From Octopus bimaculoides (taxonomy: Eukaryota), in contig NC_069002.1 in NCBI RefSeq assembly GCF_001194135.2, forward strand, positions 18,254,121 to 18,289,833: DNA of 35,713 nucleotides. Reading direction: 5' to 3'. Shown in pieces: positions 1 to 9,282 of this stretch. The notes under the pieces are model-generated. The model did not search any database. It was not told where the DNA came from and worked only from the letters and a program-made list of their open reading frames with translations. Positions within the stretch are counted from its first letter, which is position 1; every line of letters starts with the position of its first letter. Position numbers and translations under genes: made by a program.

Positions 1-47
1 ATATATATGTATGTATGTATGTATGTATATGTATGTTTATGTATATA
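1..47. repeat. (TA)/(TATG)n microsatellite
   Basis: Directly visible; ends in the TA target of the adjacent Tc1 element. Confidence 0.9.
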
Positions 48-1317
48 CAGGGGTTGGACAAAATAATGGAAACACCTTAAAATTTCAAACAAATTTATTT
101 TAATATGGGATAGAACCGCCTTTGGCAGTGATTACAGCTTGAATTCTACGAGGTATGGACTCTTACAAAGTTTGAATTATTTTCCAAAGGAATTTTTGTC
201 CATTCTTCAGCTAAAACAGTCTCCAGTTCTTGTAGTGATGATGGTGGAGGATATCGACTCCTTACTTGTTTTTCTAAAATGCACCATAAATGTTCAATAA
301 TATTGAGATCTGGGGACTGTGGTGGCCAGATAAGATGTTCAACTTCACTAGAATGTTCTTCGAGCCATTCAGTAACGACTTTAGCTGTGTGAATTGGTGC
401 ATTATCATCTTGAAAGATTACGTTTCCCTCTGGAAACAGTTCCGCATCCATAGGATGAATTTGATCAGATAAAATGCTTAAATAGTCTTGAATATTAATT
501 CTCCCATGAAGGGAAACCATTGGGCCGGTGAATTTACAAGTCATAGCCCACCAGATCATCACAAATCCTCCTCGATATTTAACCGTTGGAAGAAGGCAGT
601 CTTGGTCAAATGCTTCTTTTGGCTGTCTCCAGACGTATACTCAGCCGGTGGTCGAAAATAAAGTAATGGATGACTCGTCCGAGAAAATAACATTCTTTCA
701 CCGCTCTAGGGACCAACCCTGTAGGTTTTTACTCCACTCTAAACGTTTTGTAACATTTGTTTTTGAAAGTAGTGGTTTTCTGATTGCAGCCCTCCCGTGA
801 AATCCGGCTTTGTGCATCTCCCAGCGAACAGTTTTTGTGGAAACTGGGTTCTGGAGGTGATCATTAATCTTTGCAGTAATTTTGGGAGCTGTACTGTTGT
901 GATCCTTTCTAACAATTCGCGTAAGAGCCCGACGGCCTCTATCTGAAAGTTTTGGTTTTCGTCCGGAGTTTTGTTTCGACGAGGAGGTTTTTTTCCTCTT
1001 TCTCAAAGGCTGTCATTACTTTCGAGATAGTACTTCTTGATACACCAAACATTTCGGGTGTTTCCGTTACGCTAACGCCTGCCATACGAGCACCAACAAT
1101 TTGACCTCTTTGAAAGTCCAGTAGTTGTGTAATTTTAATGAATTTTAATTATCTTTTTCTGATGATATCTGAAAAGAAGCAGTAATTTTAGCAAAGCATA
1201 TTAAGCAACACTAATAATAAATCAAAAAACATAAAAATAAAGAAGTTTTTGATGGTTTTATAGATATTTCTATAATGCTATAATGCTAGGTTCTTCCATT
1301 ATTTTGCTCAACCCCTG
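48..1317 (-). mobile_element. Full-length (1270 bp) Tc1-like DNA transposon, DD36E (Incomer-like), decayed
   Basis: 30-bp TIRs CAGGGGTTGGACAAAATAATGGAAACACCT (48-77) and AGGTTCTTCCATTATTTTGCTCAACCCCTG (1288-1317), 26/30 identical; TA dinucleotides at 46-47 and 1318-1319; internal transposase remnant. Confidence 0.95.
100..1133 (-). pseudogene. Tc1-family transposase pseudogene
   Basis: Conceptual translation: DFQRGQIVGARMAG (HTH), GRKPKLS, IFSDESS, FQDDNAPIH, WPPQSPDLNIIEHLW, IPRRIQAVITAKGGSIPY*. In-frame TGA stops at 698-700 and 641-643, frameshifts in A-runs near 990 and 185, and another stop near the C-terminus. Confidence 0.95.
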
Positions 1318-1662
1318 TATATGCATGTATATTTCTTTTACGCATTTCAGCCATATGGCTGTAGTCATGCTGGAGCACCACCGTGACTTAGTACCTCTTA
1401 TGTGGTTCCTTTCATAAAAAGTACAAATTAGGGGCTTCAGAAAAGAACAGAATAAACTGATCAACATTCTTCAAATATATTCGATTAGTGACAGTGAAAA
1501 GTTTAGAACATACCAGGGATTCTCCATTTGAGATACCTTAAGTGAACACCTGCCCACAACAAATGTACATATAAAATACATCCACGCGTAACTGTAATAA
1601 AGTGACACACACATCCACTACATGTGTTCAAGTTCAAATCTTTCCATGAGTTGTAGACTTAC

Positions 1663-1694
1663 TGCTTTCTCCCTCCTCATCAGTGTCAGAGTCT
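1663..1694 (-). CDS. Candidate 32-nt micro-exon of an unidentified minus-strand gene (DSDTDEEGES)
   Basis: Minus-strand acceptor catttctctttacag (intron end 1695) and donor GTAAGT (1662-1657). Joins in frame to the candidate exon ending at 1854. Confidence 0.4.
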
Positions 1695-1853
1695 CTGTAA
1701 AGAGAAATGTGTACTGTCCCACCCTCGTGACTAAAGCATGAAAAGTTCCCTGACCATAAACTTGGCCCAAGTATTTATTAATAGGAGAGACCCCTACAAG
1801 TATCCAAGGGACAGATGATGATATCAAATTGGATGGAATGAAACAATACTTAC

Positions 1854-1885
1854 TGAAGTGCATGTGCAGCAAAACCTCCTTTCAT
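1854..1885 (-). CDS. Candidate coding start of the same minus-strand gene (MKGGFAAHAL-Q)
   Basis: ATG at 1885-1883, in-frame upstream TAG at 1936-1934, donor GTAAGT at 1853-1848, 159-bp intron to the micro-exon. No recognisable homology. Confidence 0.3.
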
Positions 1886-2429
1886 AGCAGACTTAACAGA
1901 AACGCCTACTTCATTCAGTGATCGTCCTTCATCCTATGATGGTCCTCCATTTTCAGACAGGCCTTTATTTATCATCTGTTCTTCATTCTCCGGTGGGCCT
2001 TCAGTTACCAGCTTCCCTCCAATCACCCATACACCCACAACGTAAACAAGCAAGAAAAGGACGAAACTTTTTATGGCTGTTGTTTTCAGTGCTCCCACTG
2101 CTTACTGACACATGTACAGCTTGAAGCAGTTGTAGATTTGATTAAACAGAACACAGAATGAATATCTTCTGCTGATGTAGGTGTTGGTGTTGTTAGCGAT
2201 GTTGATGTGGTGATATATTGTCTTGAAGTGGTTTCTTGCAAAAACAAGAAAACTCCAACAACTGTAACTTCAAAAAAACTCAAAAAGATATTGCTGCTTA
2301 GTCAGATAAAACCTGTGAAAACAGACTCACATTTATAACAAATTGTCAACGTTCTTTTCTGTAAATTTATTGGTCACAAACAAGATACAATGTCATCAAA
2401 CCTAGATCTCTAAAACGAAATGCACTTAC

Positions 2430-2518
2430 CTCTCACAATAGACACTAAACTACCCACTCTCACCTTCTTGAGTTTATTAAACGAATTTCAAATTTAAAAA
2501 AATGTTATAGCAATGCTT
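2430..2518 (-). other. Candidate non-coding exon (minus strand)
   Basis: Acceptor ctacctcttcttcacag and donor AG|GTAAGT (2429-2424); stops in all three frames. Confidence 0.25.
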
Positions 2519-2752
2519 CTGTGAAGAAGAGGTAGAATATTTATCTTTGAACAAAGCTACTGATACAATCATATCTAAGGATATATAATGACTTCAAAAG
2601 ATTATGACACCTTCAATGGCATGATCTATTGTCCGCCTATAAATATAACAGCTTCATTCGCAAAAGGCCTGCTTAATCCATTTCACATTCATTCACAATT
2701 CCTCTGGGGTCGTTTTTAGCTTCTTTACTTCCATAATATATTATCTCATAAT

Positions 2753-3137
2753 TGTTGTTGGCACTCCGTCGCTTACGACGTCGAGGGTTCCAGTTGATCC
2801 GATCAACGGAACAGCCTGCTCGTGAAATTAATGTGCAAGTGGCTGAGCACTCCACAGACACGTGTACCCTTAACGTAGTTCTCGGGGATATTCAGCGTGA
2901 CACAGTGTGACAAGGCTGACCCTTTGAATTACAGGCACAACAGAAACAGGAAGTAAGAGTGAGAGAAAGTTGTGGTGAAAGAGTACAGCAGGGTTCGCCA
3001 CCATCCCCTGCCAGAGCCTCGTGGAGCTTTAGGTGTTTTCGCTCAATAAACACTCACAACGCCCGGTCTGGGAATCGAAACCGCGATCCTCCGACCGCGA
3101 GTCCGCTGCCCTAACCACTGGGCCTTTGCGCCTCCAC
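2753..3137 (-). mobile_element. tRNA-derived SINE, family A (young copy)
   Basis: tRNA-like head with A box (GGCCCAGTGG) and B box (GGTTTCGATTCC); (CAA)n tail; exact 11-bp TSD TATCTCATAAT at 2742-2752 and 3138-3148; near-identical copy at 13629-14010. Confidence 0.92.
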
Positions 3138-3208
3138 TATCTCATAATATGCATGTATGAACTAAAGTGTTTGCTTATATTTAAGCGCTTTTACATTACA
3201 GTATAGAA

Positions 3209-3830
3209 TATGTGGCGTTTTATTGCTCTAATGAAGGCTTCAGTCTTATTTCAGTGGCAGCTAGATGGCTTCTCACCACCTTCTTCCTGTTTCTAGCTTC
3301 CTTTTTCATTGTAAAAGTCCCAAATGTGAGATCTTGATTCATTTAATCATTTGTTAGCTAGCTACCAAGTATAAAATATCGAAATATCAAGCTCTAAGGA
3401 GAGTGTCGTTGAATTTTCTCTCCTCTTCATGCATTTTCTCGGAGATTTAAGTACTCTCGCCACCATATTTTCACTATCTTTCTTCCTTACCCCAGCAATG
3501 CTAGGCTTATTTAAGACTTTCCTTTCTATCCTTTTTCATTCGTTCCTCTTCTCCTCCTTCTCCAGTATTCCAGGCCTTTGTTTCAATGACTAGTTAGCTC
3601 TGAATGTTTGGGGAGTTGAGTTGGGTAAATAATAGTTCTAGGGAGAAGAAGTATCTAATATCGGTTTGTGACGCTGTTATATCTGCTAGCATAGGCCCAT
3701 GCAAATCTTCTGCTTTCCGAGTGCTGATGCCTTTCCCCGTCTCCATATCCACTCTTCCCACCCCATTTACATCGTTGAAGTTGGCACAGTCAATGTATAA
3801 TAATTTGTCCACGAACTGGAGGGTGAGCCT
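3209..3830 (-). mobile_element. Possible inverted RT-thumb segment of an R4-like LINE
   Basis: Minus-strand translation gives HP..VDKLLY near 3800-3830 and LK-KTEAFIRAIKRHI at about 3255-3209. These resemble the DRLY and LKxETEGxI..AIK motifs that precede the zinc knuckle in REL-type non-LTR elements. Weak, by-eye match. Confidence 0.4.
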
Positions 3831-4330
3831 TAGGAATGAGCAAGTGTCTCCGCTGTGTCGCATCTGCAATAGCGTGGATGAAACCATTGCCCACATCACG
3901 AACGAATGCCCTAGGCTTGCCCAAAACCATTACAAGTTGTGGCGACACGACCAAGTAGCGAAAGTGCTACATTGGAAACTGTGCGAAAAATGAGGGCTAG
4001 AGAGTGGCAAGACGTAGTATGATAACATACCGTAGAGAGTGGCGGTGTCGGAGACATGCAAAAAATCCTGTGGGATTTCTTAATCCAACCAGATTTGGTG
4101 CTAAAGCATAACAGACCGGACATAGTGGTGGGGGACAAGATGCACCACATATGCTATATAGTTGATGTTGTATACCCCTTTCACCCACGAATAGTCAAGA
4201 AGGAAGGCGAAAAGATAGATCAATACAACCCTCTTAAGTACGAAGATAGTGCCAATTATTGCTGGGTCCTTCGTAACAGTATCAGAAGGCATCAAGGGGA
4301 ATATAAAGGAAATTGGAACAGAGTGTCCAG
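3831..4330 (+). mobile_element. R4/Dong-like (REL-endonuclease) non-LTR retrotransposon 3' fragment
   Basis: SPLCRICNSVDETIAHITNEC (CCHC knuckle), WRHDQVAKVLHWKLC, ILWDFLIQPD..KHNRPDIVV..CYIVDVVYP..KEGEKIDQY, IVPIIAGS. Stops and frameshifts present. Confidence 0.9.
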
Positions 4331-4612
4331 TAGAACCGTTACAAAAGAATGGTCATGAGAATAATGTTTCAGTGCACATATATGGCTAAACGGCCAGTCT
4401 AAGCCCCTTAGCTCCTGACACAGAAGATTAAACCTGAAATCCATCCAGCAGCTCCCATCCCACAAAATATCTCTCTCAAATAAGGCAGCATATCGAGGAG
4501 TATAAGCATTTGCACTCCATTTTGGAAGGCCATAGAAATTCTTGAAATCAATAACGACAAAGACCATCCCACCAATACAATCAACTACAAGAACGAGAAC
4601 AAACACAAAAGC

Positions 4613-4888
4613 ATAACCTACCACAGCTGCATGGGATGGAATATACGCAGTCTTTGGTTATATTCTCTCCTATTGGTGGTTTTACTCGAAGGAGACATTT
4701 GCGAAGTGTTGTATTACTCTTGAATACTGTCCTGATGTCATATGGGCCGCATATCTTTTGTATCTTTTCAGAGAGGCCTTTCACATGGGGTAGACAGGCT
4801 ATGGACAGTTTTTGGCCTCATCCTCTCTCTTCTTCATAATTGAAGTGGATAGCATACTTTTGGGGTAGTTGTTGCGTAACAGATCGTT
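4613..4888 (-). mobile_element. Penelope-like element, inverted 5' segment (end of RT region to start of GIY-YIG)
   Basis: Minus-strand translation DLLRNNYPKSML, LPHVKGLSEKIQKICGPYDIRTVFKSNTTLRKCLLRVKP, CVYSIPCSCGR. Confidence 0.88.
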
Positions 4889-5211
4889 AAACATGCCGCC
4901 CCCTCAAAATAAGGGTAGACGAGCATCGCAAAGTTGTGACACGAGGAGATATTGATAAATCGGGTATAGCTGATAATGTATGGAAAAATGGAGATTGCCT
5001 CCTCCTGTGAGATAAAGTTAAAATAATAGACAGAGAACACCACTGGAAAATACGAAAACTAAAAGAAGAAGCACATATGCTAGGACACAACAACCTCCTA
5101 AGCAGACCGAGTGCAGATATGAGCAGCATATGGGAACCGGTATTAAGGAAGGATAGGAAAATATTAGATTTATAAGCACTAAAATTCACTCCATAATTGC
5201 TCACGGGAATA

Positions 5212-5280
5212 TGGCGTAGTGTTCAAGAGCGCGGGATACTAACCCCAAGATTCCGAGTTCGATTCCAAGCAGTGAACTGA
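5212..5280 (+). ncRNA. tRNA-like (Pol III A/B box) module inside the Penelope-like 3' UTR
   Basis: TGGCGTAGTGTT (A box-like), GAGTTCGATTCC (B box), 7-nt loop ATACTAA closed by GGG/CCC; no acceptor stem, so not a functional tRNA. Confidence 0.7.
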
Positions 5281-5365
5281 ACAACAACATTAATAATAAT
5301 AATAATAATGACAACAACAACAACAACACCTTAGGAATGAGACCCGAGGTTCGAAATTTCTCCGA

Positions 5366-5402
5366 GACATCTGATGAAGGCTGGAGGGTATATCAGCCGA
5401 AA
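5366..5402 (+). ncRNA. Hammerhead ribozyme remnant (core and stem II only)
   Basis: CTGATGA (5371-5377), A, stem GGCTG/CAGCC (5379-5383 with 5394-5398), GAAA (5399-5402). Stem III and the cleavage triplet are absent in this copy. Confidence 0.6.
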
Positions 5403-5444
5403 GATGAGGACAAATATCCGTCGAATGTAAATAATGTACATAAT

Positions 5445-6046
5445 GGATCTATTTTAAAACGGGGGCCACATTTTTCATTAATGTTTTACGTAGTGTTTTT
5501 GGTACGGAAAGACTTTCAAACTTCGTATACTTATCTATTTTGTGTTATAGAACAGAAAAATATTTTTGTATTCGAATTTATTTCATGTAAAAAATTGTCT
5601 TATTTAGATAATTTCAACCAATCACTGACAAGTATTCAGTTGTTTACATTTACTCCTTTGGCTGATTAAGCGATGTAAAGCGTATTTAATCTCCATACCT
5701 TCGTTTTATTTGCTTTTTTCATTTTAAATTTGCTTTAACCCTAACCCTAACCCTAACCCTAGGGTTAGGGTTAGGGTTAGGGTTAGGGTTAGGGTTAGGG
5801 TTAGGGTTAATTGTTTCAGAATCGTTTGTTTATGTAGTCGGCACTTAATGTATATCGGCTGAATGGACGTCAGTGATTGGTTGAAATTACAGAAATACGA
5901 CAACTTTAACATGGAATATCTTAGGGATTTCTTTTTTTAAAGAAGACTAAGAGAAAAAGATGTTTTATATGACACATTCTACTAGTGTTCCAAGTTTCAA
6001 AGTGTTTCGTTAATGAAAAATGTGGCCCCCGTTTTAAAAAAGATCC
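5445..6046. mobile_element. 602-bp foldback MITE, candidate Merlin superfamily
   Basis: 37-bp TIRs GGATCTATTTTAAAACGGGGGCCACATTTTTCATTAA (5445-5481 and 6010-6046, 1 mismatch); exact 8-bp TSD TACATAAT (5437-5444, 6047-6054); inner perfect 20-bp inverted repeat (5610-5629 and 5869-5888). Superfamily inferred from GG termini and the 8-bp TSD. Confidence 0.85.
5736..5808. repeat. Interstitial telomeric repeats (TAACCC)4 T (AGGGTT)8 in divergent orientation
   Basis: Directly visible; palindromic centre CCCTAGGG at 5757-5764. Confidence 0.95.
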
Positions 6047-7469
6047 TACATAATTCCTCATCTCTTAACTAAAACGAGGAAGACTTGAAAGAATCTGGGA
6101 AATTGAAATGCAAAATAAACAAAGAATGAGAGCGGTTGAGAAAGGACAGTGGTATAAACGCTTGAGAAAACTGGAAGCAGATGAGTTTAGTTTTGTAATA
6201 TCCTGGATTGTTTTGTCTTTATTATCGAACTTGTGGATATATGTACCTAAAAGCAAAGGTCACATTTACTTGTAAATATTTTCTTACCTATCAAAAAATG
6301 TTCACCAAAACTAAAAGTTAAATTAAACAAATAAATAAACAGATAATCAGATAATAATAAATATGCCATTTTATCAAACCATCTATTATACAAGGCTAGC
6401 TTATTGTATCACCAATACAATGAAATGCTAATTTAGTTTTGTATCAGCCACCATACCATATTTGCTGGCGAATAAGACCCACTATTTGAAGAAAAAAGAA
6501 GGCAGACATATTCAGTATCCCTTACTCTCATTGAGAAATATTTCAAAATGGTTTTGTCTGGGAAAATTTTGGTTCTGTGCCTGTAAACGCAATGCTGTGA
6601 CAGTTTATTTGAATAAAGTATGAAACCATAAATTCATCATAAATAAACTACATTCTATGAGTACTGTATTTCAGATCAAATATATAGTTATTATTTTGGC
6701 TGAGAGAATTGTTATACCGGATGTATTTGCATTTTTGGCTTTGTTGTGTTACTATAACTAACCACGAGTTGCTATGGTTTTGTTGTCATTCACACATGCT
6801 TTATCATTCTAGGAGAATATTTATTTGGAATATTTATTTATTAAGCTAATTCTTTTTAAAGATGACACAGTCATTAATTAATGTAAGAGACATATCAGGT
6901 GTTTGTTATGTATGCTGGAGCAGAAGGTACTGTGAAATGATGGGATCTCTTCCCATCTTCTGCAAGCAATGTTTTGTTAGTTTGTGCTAACGGGCTGTGA
7001 TAGTTTGGCATATTTTTGCTATTTCATTTATTATTACCAAATATTATGACTGAATGAACTTACATTTATCCAGCTCCTAGCCTATAGCACCTGGTCTCCC
7101 ATTTGTAATATGTCCACATTAGAGGCAGGACAATTTTTTCGTTCAATTAGAAACAAAATCTAGAACAGGATACATTAAACATGAATAAAAAATATCAACG
7201 AAATATTTAAACAATTTAAATCATGAATTTTCGAAATCGTGCAGATCATGATGGCTGAATAAACCAATACTTAGCTGTTTCACAAACAAATGAGTGAAGT
7301 ATTGCAAAAGGAAAGAGAGAGAAAGAGGGACATAAAGAGATAGATAAGGAGAGAGAGAGAGAGATAAAGATAAAGACACACACACACACATATATAATAC
7401 AAAGTATATATATGCATGTATACACACATATATGTACATACTTACATCTACATGTGTATATAGATGCAT

Positions 7470-7700
7470 ATCAGGGTACAGAACAATGAACTACAGACAA
7501 CGAAACGAACACATAGGAAAACAGAAAGCCACTTGGAATTATTCCTTCATCAGCTGCCTCTATTCTAACTTGACGTTTCGAAGATAAGGAAGAACGCACT
7601 CTAGAATAGTCTCTTCCTGAGTAGTGGATCAACCCACTAAACAGAGGATTCCAAGGTGGCAAACACAAACCAAGACAGGAAAAATTGGACAGTGATATAA
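7470..7700 (-). repeat. Dispersed repeat with hammerhead-like words (probable Penelope-like terminal repeat)
   Basis: Minus strand contains CGAAACGTC and CTGATGA-A-GGAA-TAA-TTCC, but these do not fold into a complete ribozyme. Confidence 0.35.
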
Positions 7701-7709
7701 AGCAACAGT

Positions 7710-7726
7710 AGAGAAGAGAAGAGAAG

Positions 7727-7792
<66 letters not shown>
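7710..7792. repeat. (GA)n microsatellite
   Basis: Directly visible. Confidence 0.95.
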
Positions 7793-7809
7793 TTATAAAG
7801 GATGATAGG

Positions 7810-8030
7810 AGTGGATGTTGTAAGGAGAAACTGATGGGTTATGTACTGAAAAAGGATGGAAATGAGTGGGTGAGAGGAGTGATCAAAATGAATGTGGAAG
7901 GAATTGGCGAAAGTGGAAGAGAGAAAGATATCAGTAAATGTGGCGGAAGAGGAAATGAAAGTATGGAGACTTATGAGGGCTGTTCTGAATACAGGGAAAA
8001 ATGGAGATGATTATTATGGAGTCTACATGA
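7810..8030 (+). mobile_element. RTE-clade LINE, decayed 3' fragment
   Basis: MGYVLKKDGNEWVRGVIKMNVEG resembles the RTE C-terminal W.GHV.R...V......VEG..RGRP motif. Confidence 0.55.
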
Positions 8031-8179
8031 CTCCATAATAATATATTTTGTGAATAGACCTTATATTGATTACCATCTGAAAAACAATAGTATTCTTTGC
8101 TTTTGTTGTTTATTTTTGTGTAACACCAAAATAGAATGAATTCAGTTGAAATAAAGGAATGGCTTAATCCTCCTCCTCC

Positions 8180-8470
8180 TCATTGTTTAACGTCCTCCTT
8201 CCATGCTAGTATGGGTTGGATGGTTTGACAGGAGCTGGTCAGGCACCATGCTCCTGTGTCTGTCTTGGCATCGTTTTTACAGCTTGAAGCCCTTTCTGGC
8301 ATCAGCCACTCCACAGATTGGTCTGTGTGCTTCTTATGTGGCCATCGCGCAAGCAAGGTCAGTTTTGGCATGATTTATACAGCTGGATGCCCTTCCAAAT
8401 GCCAACCACTTTAGAGTGTGAACTAGGTGCTTTTTAAGTGCACCCGCAGGAGAATACATGTTTTGAAACA
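8180..8470 (-). mobile_element. Retroelement 3' UTR/SINE-tail repeat with an internal duplication
   Basis: Two related units TGGCAT..TTT.TACAGCT.GA.GCCCTT.C...C.A.CCACT at about 8265-8310 and 8365-8410; simple-repeat tail at the left end. Confidence 0.5.
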
Positions 8471-8998
8471 CACAATGATCAGTGTAGTTAAGTGTACTAA
8501 ATTGTAAAAGGAAATCATAGAAAATGGTTTTGAAATGGTTGATGAACGGAAAGAATTTGCCATATCCTGGTACTCTGTGTTGTGAAATTAAACACCTCCT
8601 AACCTCCTTTCCAGAATGTCTTCCTACTTTTATTTTTTGCTTCAATTGAGCTATTCCTTCACAACTTATAGTTCTTTCTCCTTCATCTCTTTCAGCTCTG
8701 CGAGTTATTCATCATTGAAAGCCCACCAGTCCAAAGTAACAGCATAAGGACATGCCATTCAATACCTTCTGCCGAATTAATCAAATTGCTACCATCGACC
8801 CAAGTGATTTCTTTAGCTCACATTTTGTGTATATGAGCTGCATCAGCGTGTGTATATGTACTGTAAGTATATGAATGTGTGTGCATGTGTGAGTGCGCGC
8901 GTGTGTGTTACGTAGGTGTGTGCAGGGTTCTGAAGAGAAAACGATCAAACTGATCTGTTGCAGATAGAGGGAAGAGATGAGCAGGAGGCTGTACTATA

Positions 8999-9007
8999 GA
9001 AGAGAGA

Positions 9008-9085
<78 letters not shown>

Positions 9086-9232
9086 GAGAGAGAGAGAAAG
9101 AGGGAAAGAGAGAGAGAGAATAGAAAGTGAGAGAGAGAGAAAGATAGAGGTGAGATACTTGAAGGAAAATTATGCATTTTATTGAACTCATTGTATGCAT
9201 ATCATTAGTGTCGCCATCACCATAACCACTGA

Positions 9233-9282
<50 letters not shown>
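8999..9282. repeat. (GA)n (about 8999-9150) and (CAT)n (about 9232-9282) microsatellites
   Basis: Directly visible. Confidence 0.95.

Larger units (their letters stand above)
4889..5444 (+). mobile_element. Penelope-like element, sense 3' segment (GIY-YIG C-half plus 3' UTR/pLTR); a short remainder follows the MITE at 6055-6068
   Basis: Plus-strand TCRPLKIRVDEHRK..KSGIADNVW..KIIDREHHWKIRKLKEEAHM..NLLSR, stop at 5173-5175. Followed by a tRNA-like module, (AAT/AAC)n, a hammerhead-core remnant and an AAATAATGT tail. Confidence 0.88.

Noticed and set aside
5212-5280. Functional tRNA gene (also considered for the SINE heads at 3060-3137, 10240 and 13629)
   Set aside because: No acceptor stem, a weak anticodon stem and no poly-T terminator; these are retroelement-derived tRNA-like modules.
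5736-5808. Relic of an end-to-end chromosome fusion
   Set aside because: A fusion gives (TTAGGG)n(CCCTAA)n. Here the order is the opposite, and the repeats are the centre of a TIR- and TSD-bounded element.
6060-6280. Short ORFs on both strands next to the MITE
   Set aside because: No recognisable domain, and no consistent acceptor/donor pair with a plausible intron length.
7535-7625. Circularly permuted (type II/III) hammerhead on the minus strand
   Set aside because: GAAACGTC and CTGATGA are present, but the sequence between them cannot form stem I and no GAAA follows the GGAA/TTCC hairpin.
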